DNA from: Rhizophagus irregularis
Lineage: Eukaryota
Direction: 5' to 3'
NCBI RefSeq assembly: GCF_026210795.1
Contig: NC_089433.1
Coordinates: 5,146,001 to 5,210,000 of the forward strand
Length of the DNA stretch: 64,000 bases
Both the position numbers and the translations under genes were made by a program. Positions 24,998-37,904 of this stretch are shown piece after piece. Numbering within the stretch: the first letter of the stretch is position 1; each line of letters begins with the position of its first letter. Under the pieces are notes generated by a model, which was not told the DNA's origin, made no database searches, and was given only the letters and a program-made list of their open reading frames with translations.

Positions 24998-27604
24998 TTT
25001 TTATTTTTTAAAAACCACGTGAACAAGATTACAGAAAGATAGACAAGAACAAAAGATAAAACAAAAGTCGAACGCTATCTAATACTAAGCTATAATCAAA
25101 CCGCCCGAGGACAGCGCCACTCTGGTACCTTTAACGAACCCGGAGGAGTCCCTAACACGACATCACATCCCAATGGACCAAAGAAAAGGCTTTAGCACAA
25201 TCGAACTAAAAAAGAAACGATCCGTATTTTTCTTTTGGTCGGTTAAGACCACCACCTGTAAATACTGTCATAGGTGGAATGTTTCACACTATTCTTATTG
25301 TTGTACTATGGTATAAAATTTAGTACGTGGGGTTACCCAAAAAAAAAGATGTAAAAAAAATTACTAGTCTAAAATAAATGTGTGGCTAAAATAATGTAAG
25401 TATATAACTATCAGCAAGCCACTAAAAAAAAGTAAATAAGCTGAAAGTTGTAATCGAACGGGGTTAAGGTAAAGCGAAGACTTTAGAGTCTTCAGGAGAC
25501 ATTATATCCAGTCTCACTTTTTTGATCTCAATGTTATGCCTATCTGTATACGCAGGTAAGATAGGGGGACGCTTGTGTGGTCTTAGCTCTAGTTGTTTTG
25601 TGTCGTCCGAGGTGTGTCCTTTATAACGGTATTGGGGTGAGTTGTCGTCAATAACGGAAAAGTAGTCAATATTAAAACGACCAAATTCTTGCTCTAGTTG
25701 GAGCAATTGTTTATTGGTTTTGTAAACGTTTTTGCCTTGTGCAAGTCTGTTATGTAAAACGGAACGGCGGTCAGCTAAAGGTGTGATTTTTCCATGAAAA
25801 TGGTCTTGAAATTTAGTGAGATCTTTACACATATCTTCACGATATTCTATACGATTGGAGGAAGTACCCCAGAGTTTAGCTCTAGCGGAAAGTTCTTCTT
25901 CCTGGGCACGGCGTTTAACTTCCCATGCTTCATGTTCTTTTTGTTGTCGTACAGCTAATTCATGAGCTTCTTTGCGTTTTCTAATACCATCGAACCAGAA
26001 TCCACATCCTGGTGAAAATTGTTGACCTTTGATTTTTGCCTGTCTCTTAGAAATATAAACAGGTTCATCAGTTACATAAGGGAGAAGGTCGTTAGGAATC
26101 CAAATGCCCAACTTCTCATGCCACGTCTCCTCTTCTTTGAGGAGAATGGGTTGTGGTGTGGTGGCAGGTGAGTGAGTATGTGAAGTACTAAGTAAAATAT
26201 CCCTTGAACGTTGTCGAGAGAGTCGATCTTGGGTCGTGCGTGAAACAGTTATTGCGCGTACAGCGCCTACAGGTCGCCTGGATCGTTCAGGAGGTATAGG
26301 AAAATTATAATCTTCCGCAAGTCGGAGCATCAGCCCTTTATAATATCTTAAATGTTGTACAGGTTTATTAATATGTTGTGAAGGTAAAAAGAGGAAACGG
26401 TGTTGTCGAGCACGGTGTAGTTTTTCGTCAAGAGTTACCAAACCATTGCGAAGTAATTTCTTTTTCTTGTGACCACGATTGTAGAAAACAGATCTACAAG
26501 CCCGTTGAAAACGGGATTTTTGTTTTTTGCTCCTTTTACTACTGTCGGAGTGATGTGAACGGAAGTTATTAAATCGTTTTTGATACATACGACGTTCTAT
26601 GTGTATAGGAACGGAATGTTGATCATTAGCTAGGTATGAAACATCATACGAAATTCCTAGACGGGTTGAATGAACGTGCTTATTGGTACGATGTTGCCAT
26701 CGTTTATGGATAAGAGTTGCATGAAACTGCTTGTTATTTATGTTATCATCCGATAACAGGGTCGGTTTCTTGATGTTATGAAAAATGTCTAAATTTTTTT
26801 GATGAGAAACGCAAGCGCGTCTATTATGAGACATAATGTAAGGAGAGGGGACACGACATATCTGTGTGTGTTTGGGTTCAAAATTGTAGGTGGTGGAAAA
26901 ATTGCACGGTGTAAATATACCGAAGTAAAAACGGTAACGTTTATATGAAAAATTAAAGAAAGTTTTTGTTTGTGAATTTCTAAGTGTGACTTTATCAGCA
27001 CGTGAATTGACAAGAAAATATCTATTAAGCAATTTGGAACGGATAAGATTAAAGTATTTCTTTTGGATGGAGCGTGGGATAACTTTTTGATGAGAAAAAA
27101 AATGTTGTAACATCTTACTAATCTGAAACCTCAGATTAGGAAAGCTACAGGTGGAAGAGTAGCTAATAGGGGTTGATTTCATGTGATAATCATTTGTGTG
27201 TATTTTAAGATGAATATCATTGGTGTTTGCTGAGGGATCGGCTAACTCAAAAAAGAAACTTTTTGATCTTCTGATTTCGTAAATCTTGTTACATCCAGCC
27301 CGATTGGGTTTAGTCACGTGAAATTTGTGAAATGAGACGTCGAAAGAAAATTTTCCCAAGGGAATAGGTTTTTGAAAAGTAAAAACCATATTTTTAATAT
27401 GTGTTTAAAAGGTAAGATAAAAATATAGTAAAAACTTCTTTCAGAGGTCGGGTAATAAAGAGAAGAACCTTTCCATAAGAAGCCACCCAGTGGTCTTCTA
27501 TCTTCTCAACGTTCAAAGACGTAAAAAGGGTGTAAAATGTAAAAACAGTATTTAACTGCGGATTTCTATGTGAAAAAATGGAAAGGGGAAAGAGTTTTTT
27601 TTTT
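24998..27604 (-). mobile_element. Retroposed non-autonomous element carrying one long ORF
   Basis: Exact 20-bp direct repeat ATTTAAGTGAAGTTTCTTTA (24978-24997, 27605-27624). TAAAAA-type tail at the 3' end on the minus strand. Intronless ORF, and visibly more GC-rich than the flanks. Confidence 0.85.
25464..27389 (-). CDS. Hypothetical basic (K/R/H-rich) protein, 641 aa, with a probable C-terminal coiled coil
   Basis: Uninterrupted 1926-nt ORF inside the TSD-bounded element. No RT (YxDD), APE endonuclease, RNase H or DDE motif recognised. Confidence 0.8.
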   Translation of the reverse strand: MVFTFQKPIPLGKFSFDVSFHKFHVTKPNRAGCNKIYEIRRSKSFFFELADPSANTNDIHLKIHTNDYHMKSTPISYSSTCSFPNLRFQISKMLQHFFSHQKVIPRSIQKKYFNLIRSKLLNRYFLVNSRADKVTLRNSQTKTFFNFSYKRYRFYFGIFTPCNFSTTYNFEPKHTQICRVPSPYIMSHNRRACVSHQKNLDIFHNIKKPTLLSDDNINNKQFHATLIHKRWQHRTNKHVHSTRLGISYDVSYLANDQHSVPIHIERRMYQKRFNNFRSHHSDSSKRSKKQKSRFQRACRSVFYNRGHKKKKLLRNGLVTLDEKLHRARQHRFLFLPSQHINKPVQHLRYYKGLMLRLAEDYNFPIPPERSRRPVGAVRAITVSRTTQDRLSRQRSRDILLSTSHTHSPATTPQPILLKEEETWHEKLGIWIPNDLLPYVTDEPVYISKRQAKIKGQQFSPGCGFWFDGIRKRKEAHELAVRQQKEHEAWEVKRRAQEEELSARAKLWGTSSNRIEYREDMCKDLTKFQDHFHGKITPLADRRSVLHNRLAQGKNVYKTNKQLLQLEQEFGRFNIDYFSVIDDNSPQYRYKGHTSDDTKQLELRPHKRPPILPAYTDRHNIEIKKVRLDIMSPEDSKVFALP

Positions 27605-29053
27605 ATTTAAGTGAAGTTTCTTTAACGATTGTATTTCGCATAGTCAACACCTGATTAATCACGTGATCATATGATTTCATTGGCTGGCAAATGTTGATCA
27701 TCGCATGAGTAACTGTAATGCCGTGACTAGTTTATTAGTTGTGAGGCGTAGTATTATATTTATAAAATTTTATAGTATTTTTACTTCTGCGGTCCGTAAT
27801 GACATTAAAATGGGCTAATCATAACTCCGGGATCACGAGTAATGTTTAGTATTACATAGTTCTTGTGTTCACTTTTATTTTTAGATTTGGGATTGGGAAT
27901 TAGGATCGTAATATTTACTTTATAAGGATAAAGTGTGAAGATCAAGAATTGCGAATTTTGAAAAGTTTATAATTATGAAAAATGGAAAACGACATTTTTG
28001 AAAAGGGAATCACTTCAAGAAAATGCATCACTAGTATCAAAATTTGTTAGGATCAAAATTCAAAAAAGGGAGAACTGAAATATTTTTGTGGACTTAGAAT
28101 TTATTTCGATGAAAATCATTTATTATAATATGAATAGGGGTAAATTTAGACCTCATGAAAAGGGATTATTAAACCAAGCATTATATTATTTTGTCGTAAT
28201 TTTATATTATTAATAAAAATATCATTTTTGTTAAGACTACGGTGGCAACGTGATTTATCACAGGCTTAGGCCTTACAGTACTTATATCGATATCGTCTAT
28301 TTTTTTATTATTAATTTTTTTATTATTAAATAAAAAGATTTTAGATGAATATTAAAAAATCTTACAATAAGTCACTTTTAATTTGACTTACTGGAAAATT
28401 ATATAATAAGTCTATTTATTACAAAATTAGGTCCTAATATTATCAGTTATAAATATTTTTTCAGTCCTATTATGGTAAAATTAAACACTATGTAAACTGA
28501 AAGAATTTTAAATTCATTGTAGCATAATTTAATTTAATAATAGAAATGAAAATAATACATAAAAAAACCAAGTAAATTTTTACTAAATTTTTTTTTAAAC
28601 TTATCTATATAACAAAAAATATGCCTGACGTTTAGAATTGTCCCATATAGATAATTGGATTGTGTAATATGAGACATACCTGCGCCTATTTATTTATTAC
28701 ACAAAAATAAAAGAAAATTGGTTTTTCATCAATTGAATAACAATCATATTTGAATATTAATAAGGATACTATCTAATGACAATCAAATTTGTTAAACGCA
28801 AATTATATTTTCTAAAAAAAATATAAATATAAAAATAAAAAAAAATAAAAAAACGCAATTATTTAATCATACTAAATAAGTAAATGGTAGTAATATTTTT
28901 CTTTTTTTGGTTATGAGGCGTAAAATATTACGCCTCAAGGTCACAAAATTTATGTGAGACAACATGAAATTTTGATCAACAATTTGCATTTTACTAATTT
29001 ATCAAGTAAATGAACTTTAAATAATTCATTCATTCTTTCTTATTGATTACATT

Positions 29054-31311
29054 ATGTCCACCCTTCGATATGAATTAATTCATGCAACAATTAATAGAGC
29101 GTCTACATTAACAGATACTAATATTTACAATGATATACATAAACAATTTGAATTTCAAAAACAAACAGTCCTTGCTGATAAAATTCTTACAAATGATGAA
29201 AAAACTTTTGCAATAAGATGGATAACTAAAGGTCATGATCGAAATAAAGTTAATTTTAATTCAGGAACAAAAAGAATTTGTGAAAATTGTAAGCAAGAAT
29301 GTTTAGCCACATTATATTGTGAATATTGTGTTCGAAATTATTTAAAAGAAGATTTTTCAAATTGGACATCTGGAAATAATGATATTGATAATTTAATACA
29401 GAAATGTCAAATGGAATCACTCATGCCGAGTAAAATAGTTGAATGGATCCCATATAGTAATTTAGAAAATATTAAATATTTAACAAAAGGTGGATTTTCT
29501 GAAATTTATACAGCAGATTGGATTAATGGACATTATGAAGAATGGGATTCTGAAAAAAAACAATTAACGAGACTCAGGAATCGTGGTACAGTGCTTAAAA
29601 AGTTAGAAAATGTTGAAAGTGCAAATCAAAGTTGGATTGAGGAGGTTTGTATTATTGTATTCTATATTTTATAAAATTGTTGTAATTTTTGTATTAGAAA
29701 TAGTATTTTTACAAATTATTGTCTTTTAGGCTAAATCGCATTTAACTATAAGTAATAAATGGGCAAATGTTGTTCGATGTTATGGTTTAACGCAAAATCC
29801 ATCAAATGGAAATTATATGCTTGTAATGAATAAAATGGATATAGATTTAAGAAAATATTTACAACAAAATCATAATCAACTTACATGGAAAGATAGAATG
29901 AAAATTATTAATGAAATAACTCTTGCACTTTATTATATTCATTTTGAGAAAGCAATTCATAGAGATTTGCATTCTGGAAATATATTATATTCACAACTAG
30001 CCAATAGTTGGATCATTAGTGATCTTGGATTTTGTGGACCTGCTGATAAATCTTCAACAAGTATATATGGAAATCTTCCTTACATAGCACTCGAAGTTAT
30101 TGTTGGAAGAGAATATACTTTTGCATCTGATATTTATAGTATTGCAATTCTTATGTGGGAAATTTCATCTGGACAAACACCATTTATAAATTATGAACAT
30201 GAAAATGATATTGTAATGAATATTATTAACGGTATAAGGCCAAAAATTGTGCCAGGAACTCCATTAGAATATAAAAATTTAATGAAAGAATGTTGGGATG
30301 CTGATCCATTAAAAAGACCTAATATACTTACACTTTGGAATAAAATACAAAAAATTAATTTATATTATCAAAATATGTCAGATGAATTATTCAAATCAGA
30401 AATGGATAATTTAGAAATGAATAGAGTAGAAGAAAATTATACGAGTAGTACAAGTAAAATTCATAACTTTGGAAATCTACCTGAACCAAGAAATGCAACA
30501 GAAGGTATTAAGTGTATAATATTTTATTAATGAATATATTTATTTTAAAATACATTATTGATGTTATCTTTTATTATAACAGAAGAACAAGAAGGTATAA
30601 CCGTATAAATAATAATTTCTACTATTTTTTATAATAATCCAGTTTAAAATACTAAACACTTTAAATTTTACTGCTAATTAGTGTTTCATAGTAAATTGTA
30701 TGATTTTAACATTCCTGACGATAGTAAGTGTTTAATAACATTATAGCGTTGAATTATCATATAATGATTAATTAATTTTTTATAGTTGACGACTTTAATA
30801 AATCAAATGAGCAGAATAGTAGCAAAACATTAAAAGTAATTACTATTTTTAGAGGTAATATATTTTAATTATTGTCAAATCGAGATTGATTTATATATTA
30901 AATCTATATCTTAATTTTTAGATAGTAATAAAAAATTATCTAAATCATTTAAAAAGTTGCAAATAAAGTCAAATAGTAAGTAAATTACTAACGAATAAAT
31001 TATTACTATATCAATTTAATTTATTAAACGCGACTTTTATTTAAATTTAGATGATAAAAAAGAAAAAACTCAAAAATATGTTGTTGGTAGGTGAAAATTT
31101 TACGTAATAAAAAACAATTTTAATACTATTCTAATTCTATTTACTTATCTATTACAGATGATGACGAAGTATATAACAATCCAAACTTTCATTCAAAAGA
31201 ACAAGATGAACTGGAAATTCCTGATGGTAAGCTCTTAAAATAAAGTAGAAAAAATAAATTTCTTTATAAAGCAAATAATTAACCTATTTTTTATCTTTAG
31301 ATGGATTTTAA
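29054..31311 (+). CDS. Tyrosine-kinase-like protein kinase, multi-exon
   Basis: Exon 1 29054-29644, exon 2 29730-30504, microexon 30583-30594, further small exons, ending ...DGF* at 31311. Motifs HRDLHSGN, DLG, and YIALE in place of APE. Confidence 0.88.
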
Positions 31312-32249
31312 ATTTTTTTGGTAAATCAAATTAACAATATTTTTTTTATATTTTAAATTATTATCACTTATTTATTTATCGTGGATTATTTAAACACTAA
31401 GACTAGAGTACAAAATTCTTAGTTTGTAATTTAAATAATTTTAATAAACTTATTCAAATTATTAAAGTATACTATTAAATTATTCAAATTTTTTAATGTT
31501 GTTCTATTATAATAAGAAAAAAATTATCACTTCGATGGTAGTAGCTAAAGTTTAGATTTGAGTATTCAATAAAATTTATTTTTCCAAAAAAAAAAAAATT
31601 AATAAACAATGCTTTGTTTAGACATAATATTACGGTGAGAACGGCGAGAAAAAATCTACATATTATTCGGCTTTATCTTTAACCTTGCATATTATACAAA
31701 AACGTGGCTTTATAACTTAAAGTGATTTATTCGTAAGTCATAAAGTGAATATGAAAACAAAAGCACGGAGTATAGTGATTGCTTTCAATAGGAAAATAAG
31801 TACGGGAAAGACCCTTAAGCAGGAAAATAAGGAAGATCTTTCAAATTCAAAGAAATTTGCATATTATTTATTAAACATTTTTTCTATTTGTGTAATGCAT
31901 GTGATATTTTTTCATAATTGATATTGCAGAAAAATTGAGTATTAAAAAAATGCGAAAAAAATTTGAAAGCAAAAATTCTTTATTGTATTTTTTCATAAAG
32001 TAATACGCGAGAATAAAAAATGTAATAGAGGTAGATAAAACGGATAACATAATAATGTAATTTACATATCCAAAGTTTTGGTAAATGGTAATAGCGTGGC
32101 TTAAGTGGCTTGTACGAAATCACGCGTCCGGATGACTAATCATTTATCACATTGTCATCTGACACGAATCACACGATTCGTTCGACATCAACATAAATAA
32201 ATACGCACTTTAAATTCCTAACAAAAATAAAATACAAAATAAAATAAAA

Positions 32250-32339
32250 ATGGCAAAGTTATATAACGATATACTACATTATATTTTTCAGAAATTAAAT
32301 AATGATGGAAGTTCTTTACTTTCTTGTTTATTGGTTAAT
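32250..32339 (+). pseudogene. Truncated F-box gene start
   Basis: MAKLYNDILHYIFQKLNNDGSSLLSCLLVN, cut off by the TIR element at 32341. Confidence 0.6.
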
Positions 32340-32340
32340 T

Positions 32341-32598
32341 TAGACAGAATTTTGAAAATTCTAAATTGAATAGTTCAAATGATTAATTTAGATTCCAAAT
32401 TTAAACTATTTCATTTAAATTCTAGTGGAAGGCAGCTTTTAATGATGTTAAGTCATGTCACATTATAGACGTATGACTCATATAACTCCAGAGTAAATTT
32501 GATTACGTATAACATTATAGAGTTATTAGGCACGGAGTATTCAATATGGAGAATGACTTGCTGTCATTATGCCACGCACTTTACCTCAAATCTGTCTA
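32341..32598. mobile_element. Small TIR element
   Basis: Inverted termini TAGACAGAATTTTGA / TCAAATCTGTCTA; no clear TSD. Confidence 0.5.
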
Positions 32599-34789
32599 TC
32601 CCTTCAATAGTTTTTTTTTATCATTCAAATTATTCGCAATTAATTAAAAATTTTTTTTTTTTCATAAACTGAATATCAAATTAAAGTCAATATTTATAAA
32701 CAGGGAAGTTTTAAAAATGAACACAAAGTATCTTGGTCAAGATAGTAAGTCCCATTTGTTTCATATTCTTCCTATGTATTATTACCATTCTCAAGAGTTA
32801 AAATTTCTATTTGGCTTTTTAACCACCTTAAGAAGTGAAAAAAATTTATTTTGGCTTTCTATTACACAACTGTTGAATAAATATCATCCCTGAATACATG
32901 GGCAATCTTAATAATATGTGGAAAACTAACTTTTGAAGTACACTGACTTAACTACCTTAATTTAAAAAATAAGATGCATTTTTATTTTGCAAATTTAGAG
33001 TTGATTCCGATTAATTTAGGAGAATTACTGGGTTTAACCACTCCAGTCCTCAATTCGGGCACCCTAAATTTGTTGCTGATAAAGGCCTTGGAATATGCAC
33101 CTTCCTTTATTACTAAATAAACAATGGATTACTAATGAGTAACTTCTTTACAACAGGTCAATACTGAAAATAAATGGTTAAATACAAAGTTAAGAACCCC
33201 TATGGAAGAAGAAATAACTTCATACAAGAAACTTAACAAAGAAAATCACAACAGTACTGGTAATTCATTTATACTTTATTTTTATAAATGTTGAATTATA
33301 TTACTTTACTTTTTTAGATATAATATAACTTTTACATGGACAAAAACGGAAGGATTCTTCACTTGAACAATTGTTAGTTCGAAATTCAAAACATATAATG
33401 TAGGAGATCATAGAAAGAAAAGAAAGTGTTCCAAAGATAGAATTGTAGATCCTTTCTTATGAACTATAGTAGATTCAGGCAATTAAAGCTTAAACAATGA
33501 ATTGGAATATATTCTGACTTGAAGGATAATGAGTACGAGGATGATCTAGAAGTCAGGTCTAAATTGGATTCAGTATACCCCACCAAAGATAGCCTGATGG
33601 AAACTTGGCTATTTCCTTCTGAGAAATTAGTAGTTAATTTAGTAAGTGGCCCTCCTTTATTACATAAATCTCAATAAGTTTAGATCATTATTTTCTTTTC
33701 CTTTTGCTTTTCAATCTGACTTATATTAATTTGCACATACCCATCATATATAGGGATTACACATCTTGGAATAAAGATTTAATAGCCAGAATGGATTAGG
33801 AACGATGACTGGAAGTAATTATAAAAAAGCATTGAATATCCCAAGGATTCATGAAGACCAGACGTGGAGAAACTTTTTAGTGATTTACTATAAACAGCAA
33901 TTATTTAATAAAACTCATGATAATTCCTTAATAATTTTAAATCAGTTACAAATAATTCGTAATTTTTCGTTCCAATAGATTAATTTTGGTAGAAATCATG
34001 ATAGAAAATTTGAAATTGATTTTTCAGGTACTATATCCATAATATTTTCTAAAATATTAGCTTTTAGAAATTTACAAAAGATGGTATAATTAAGTGAAAG
34101 AATAATTGAGAAACTTAACTAAATTAATATTATCAAATAAGGAAAGTATTATATTATAAAATTTTTCTTTGAATTCCTAAATGACACTAACTAAAAGACA
34201 TAAATATAATGATATAATGATTTATTAGCTGTCAGTAATTTATTAAAACAAGATGGGTAATATTTAATATTTTCATTTTATTCTATTTTATTTATTAAAA
34301 GGGAATGAAAGTAAAAAAAAAATTCATTTAAGATAAAATATAACGAAACCAAGATTGATACCATCGTCAAAATTATAGTGTATAAATGAAGCAAAAATAC
34401 ATTTATCCGATATTTGACTTGAAATAAAATTTTCAATATTTTCCTTATTATTAAATGAGAATACAAATAGTGCTTAATAGTAGTTAAATCCATCATGAAA
34501 GAATAATTTGTACTTTGAGGTTAATTCAGCATAATTACTAAATTGTGAAATTAATCAAATTAATCAATTTGGTCGGTCCAAAAGAGGTTTTCTATCATAT
34601 ATAAAACGAAAATATTTGATTGAAAAATTTTAGGGAAAAGTAATTTATTATTTCATCTTAAGATTATTTGAAAATTTTCAAGTAAAATATTGGATAATTT
34701 CATTTTTATATATCTATCCTGTCAGAAGTACATGCATATATGGTTATGCATGGTTCCATTTTTGTGATCACGTCGTAATTTATCCAACT

Positions 34790-35189
34790 AAAATAATAAT
34801 AAATGTTGATATTAAAGCTTTCATAATAATTCTTTATTTACTAACAAATTTGTTCCAAAAGATCTAATTTTGGCAAATAATCATAGAAAGTTTTTCAAGC
34901 ACAATGTCCACAATATTTACAATACTTACAGAAATTTACAAAAGTTGATATAAATAAATGTTAGATGCTTTGAAATAATTGTTGAGGGAAAGTAAAGTTG
35001 TTGACAGGTAGTAAAGTATTTATATTAGAAAGTTTTTTTGGTTTATCTACAAATTGAGAAAGTTATATCATAGGATGGGAACCACTAAATGACACCATTC
35101 TTTATTAACAAAAAGATGGAAATATAATGACATTTTATCTTCACATCATTAAAAATAAATATAAAACAACCGTTATTTAATTTTACCAA
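34790..35189 (-). pseudogene. Decayed F-box/LRR-like gene fragment
   Basis: The minus strand reads LVKLNNGCFIFIFND...LFVNKEWCHLVVPIL* with frameshifts and stops; downstream YINFCKFL-like remnants. Left boundary approximate. Confidence 0.65.
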
Positions 35190-35433
35190 ATTATTTTATT
35201 AAAAAAAAAAAAAGAATAAAATGAGAAAAAAAGGATTCTGCTATTCATTACAATATATAATTATTTATCACCATAGGTATTTGACCCTTTGAGTTTAATT
35301 AAATAATTCATTATACTGTAATCTTAACCCTAATACTAATCTCGAAATTTTACTATAGAATCTATATACTTAAATATCACCATATAGTTACAAATAGATA
35401 TATCCAAAAAAAAAAATTCATCTTAAATAAAAT

Positions 35434-36882
35434 TTAATTATACGCGAAATTGAAATGATCATAAACTAAAAGATTTGAACTTGTTATTATCCTTTCACCA
35501 TAGTATTTGTTAACAACATCTACATGTCCGGTTGTAATATGCTCTCCATTATCATTGATGTAAAAGCAAAGTGGTTTTCGCTCTCTATAACTTTCAAAAA
35601 AATTTATAAAAGCACTAATAGAATATTCCAAATTTCCACTAATTGTTATATCAGTTAAATATTTTGGAGAAAATCTAATTAAAATATTTAATAATTCATC
35701 CCCCATATCATTATTTTCATTAAAACTATTAAGGCATAAACTCATTAAATTATTACAATCCATTAATAATGATTTCACATAAATCAAATCATCAGATCCA
35801 ATATATGTAGTTAAGTTCTCAATATTTGGACAATGATTAGAAATTGCTTTAAGTAACATTCCTGTATTATCAGCAGATCTATTAGACATATAAACAGAAA
35901 TATATGTAATGTTTCCTTTTGTTTTTTCAATTAACATTGCCAATTCCTTAAAGCATAATGAACCATCATCAATTTCAAGAAACTGAAGATTCGGAAATTC
36001 CGAATTTGCTAAACATTTCTGGAATTCTTTAATCCCTCCATAATTTTCACAATCATAATAAATTGTTAGATCCTTTAGATTGATAAGTGATGTTAAAAAC
36101 GAATGTGGAATAATTCCAACTGAGCCAAATAACGAAAGTTCATTTATTGTACAGCCTTTTCTTGCTAATGCCTCACTTAGTCCCTCACACGTCCCTTTCT
36201 TAATATTAAAATCAAATGATATAATTTTTAAATTTCTTTGTGCATTGATTAAAGAAATTAATCCGGGAATATCTTGAATGAAATTTCGAACATATAGTGC
36301 ATTCAAATCTTTGCAAATTTGTGCCATTTGATAAAGATTATGTGAATCTACATAATATAAATCAATATATAGACTATAGAGTTGGGAGAAAAATGTTATA
36401 GCTCCTGGAAATGATGGTAAAGGTTGAGAAGTTCGCCAATCCAGTTCTTTAATGCCTTCACATTGACTAATAAATAACTTGTAAATTTCTTGCTCTAAAA
36501 GATTTCTTTTTTTTGAATAATCAACAATACTTAAATTTTCTTTAAATACTACCTTTATAATATTATCTATAATTCCAGTTCTATGAAATTTACAAAAACT
36601 GACATAATTAAACGTTAGGGTGTTTGAAAGAATTGCTGAGGATAACTTAATATTATTATCAAATAAAAGTTGTTTTGAAGATGTTGGTAGGCAGGAAAGT
36701 ATTATATTAGAATATTTTTCTTTTGATTTCTCACAATTAAAGTATGGATAATTTCCCCATAAGATAGGAACTACTAAATGATACCATTCTTTATTAACTA
36801 AAAGACAGGAATATAATGATTTCTTATCCGCTTGTAACTCATTAAAAATTAGGATAAAACAATCGATATTTAATTTTTCCAT
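35434..36882 (-). CDS. F-box domain / RNI-like LRR protein (482 aa)
   Basis: MEKLNIDCFILIFNEL..DKKSLYSCLLVNKEW..LVVPILW; colinear with the 11168-12625 paralogue. Confidence 0.88.
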   Translation of the reverse strand: MEKLNIDCFILIFNELQADKKSLYSCLLVNKEWYHLVVPILWGNYPYFNCEKSKEKYSNIILSCLPTSSKQLLFDNNIKLSSAILSNTLTFNYVSFCKFHRTGIIDNIIKVVFKENLSIVDYSKKRNLLEQEIYKLFISQCEGIKELDWRTSQPLPSFPGAITFFSQLYSLYIDLYYVDSHNLYQMAQICKDLNALYVRNFIQDIPGLISLINAQRNLKIISFDFNIKKGTCEGLSEALARKGCTINELSLFGSVGIIPHSFLTSLINLKDLTIYYDCENYGGIKEFQKCLANSEFPNLQFLEIDDGSLCFKELAMLIEKTKGNITYISVYMSNRSADNTGMLLKAISNHCPNIENLTTYIGSDDLIYVKSLLMDCNNLMSLCLNSFNENNDMGDELLNILIRFSPKYLTDITISGNLEYSISAFINFFESYRERKPLCFYINDNGEHITTGHVDVVNKYYGERIITSSNLLVYDHFNFAYN

Positions 36883-37489
36883 TTATTTTATTTATTTGTT
36901 CCAAGAAAGAATAAAAAATAAACGGCGTAAAAAAAAATAAATAAATGGCAGAAATGTATACGCCTACTATGTAATTTGTGTATACTTGGTTAGTACATAA
37001 AATACATGAAATTGATTTAATATAAAAGTGTCAATGATCTGATCACAAATTTATCTGATGTCACAATATGCTTGATGATTAACGTATTACACAAATTTAA
37101 CTATTAACTGTTTCAAGTTACCAATATATTATTGTTTTACCAAATAGTATATAAATTTCCGCCTAGATCAATTGGATGGAAAAAATTCAAAGTAATTATA
37201 AATTCTTTGCTTGGGCAAAAAAAAAAAAAAATATTATTTTTAATCTGACCAATCATCTTTTAGTGATTTGACAATTTTTTTTTTAAAAAAATAATTTTTT
37301 TTCCAGTTGGACAGGTCAAATTTTGATTTTTTTTTTCATGAGAAGCAAATAATTTCATTTACTTTAGTTCAATAATATTATAATAAAAACATTTGTGAAA
37401 TTAAAACTTATCATGAATCAAGAAAACCATTTTTATGATTATATTTCTAATGAAAAAAAAATATTTTTTTTATTGGAATTGCTAAATTA

Positions 37490-37904
37490 GAGGACGACGG
37501 AGACGTCTAAGCTGGTAGTCACGTGATCCTAGAGAAAAAGCTCATTTTTCGTAATATAACTTCTCAACACATGAATAACTTTTAAATTAACTTATTGTAA
37601 GTGCATTTTAACTTGCTCTGCAAGTTTACTTAGAGCAAAAACGAAGATTTGAATACCGTTTTTGAGTTATTTGACTTTTTTATTTCGTAAAATGAATCTA
37701 ACCATTTTTGGATATGATCAGCAAATTTCATTCGTTCATATGTAAAGTCAAAACCAATATTCGAAATTCACTTTTTTTCCCTAAATAAAGTTGCAGAGCA
37801 GATTATCTTATTATTTTTCAAGTTCATATTAATCTTAGTTTGTAAAAAAATTGTCTAAACATATAATGTTGAAAATCACGTGACTACCCACTTTAGGCGG
37901 CCCC
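37490..37904. mobile_element. PIF/Harbinger-like MITE
   Basis: Inverted termini GGAGACGTCTAAGCTGGTAGTCACGTGAT vs GGGGCCGCCTAAAGTGGGTAGTCACGTGAT, with TTA/TAA flanks. Left boundary uncertain. Confidence 0.55.

Noticed and set aside
32700..33900. Decayed coding-like sequence with apparent introns
   Set aside because: Many stops and frameshifts, and no motif I can assign.
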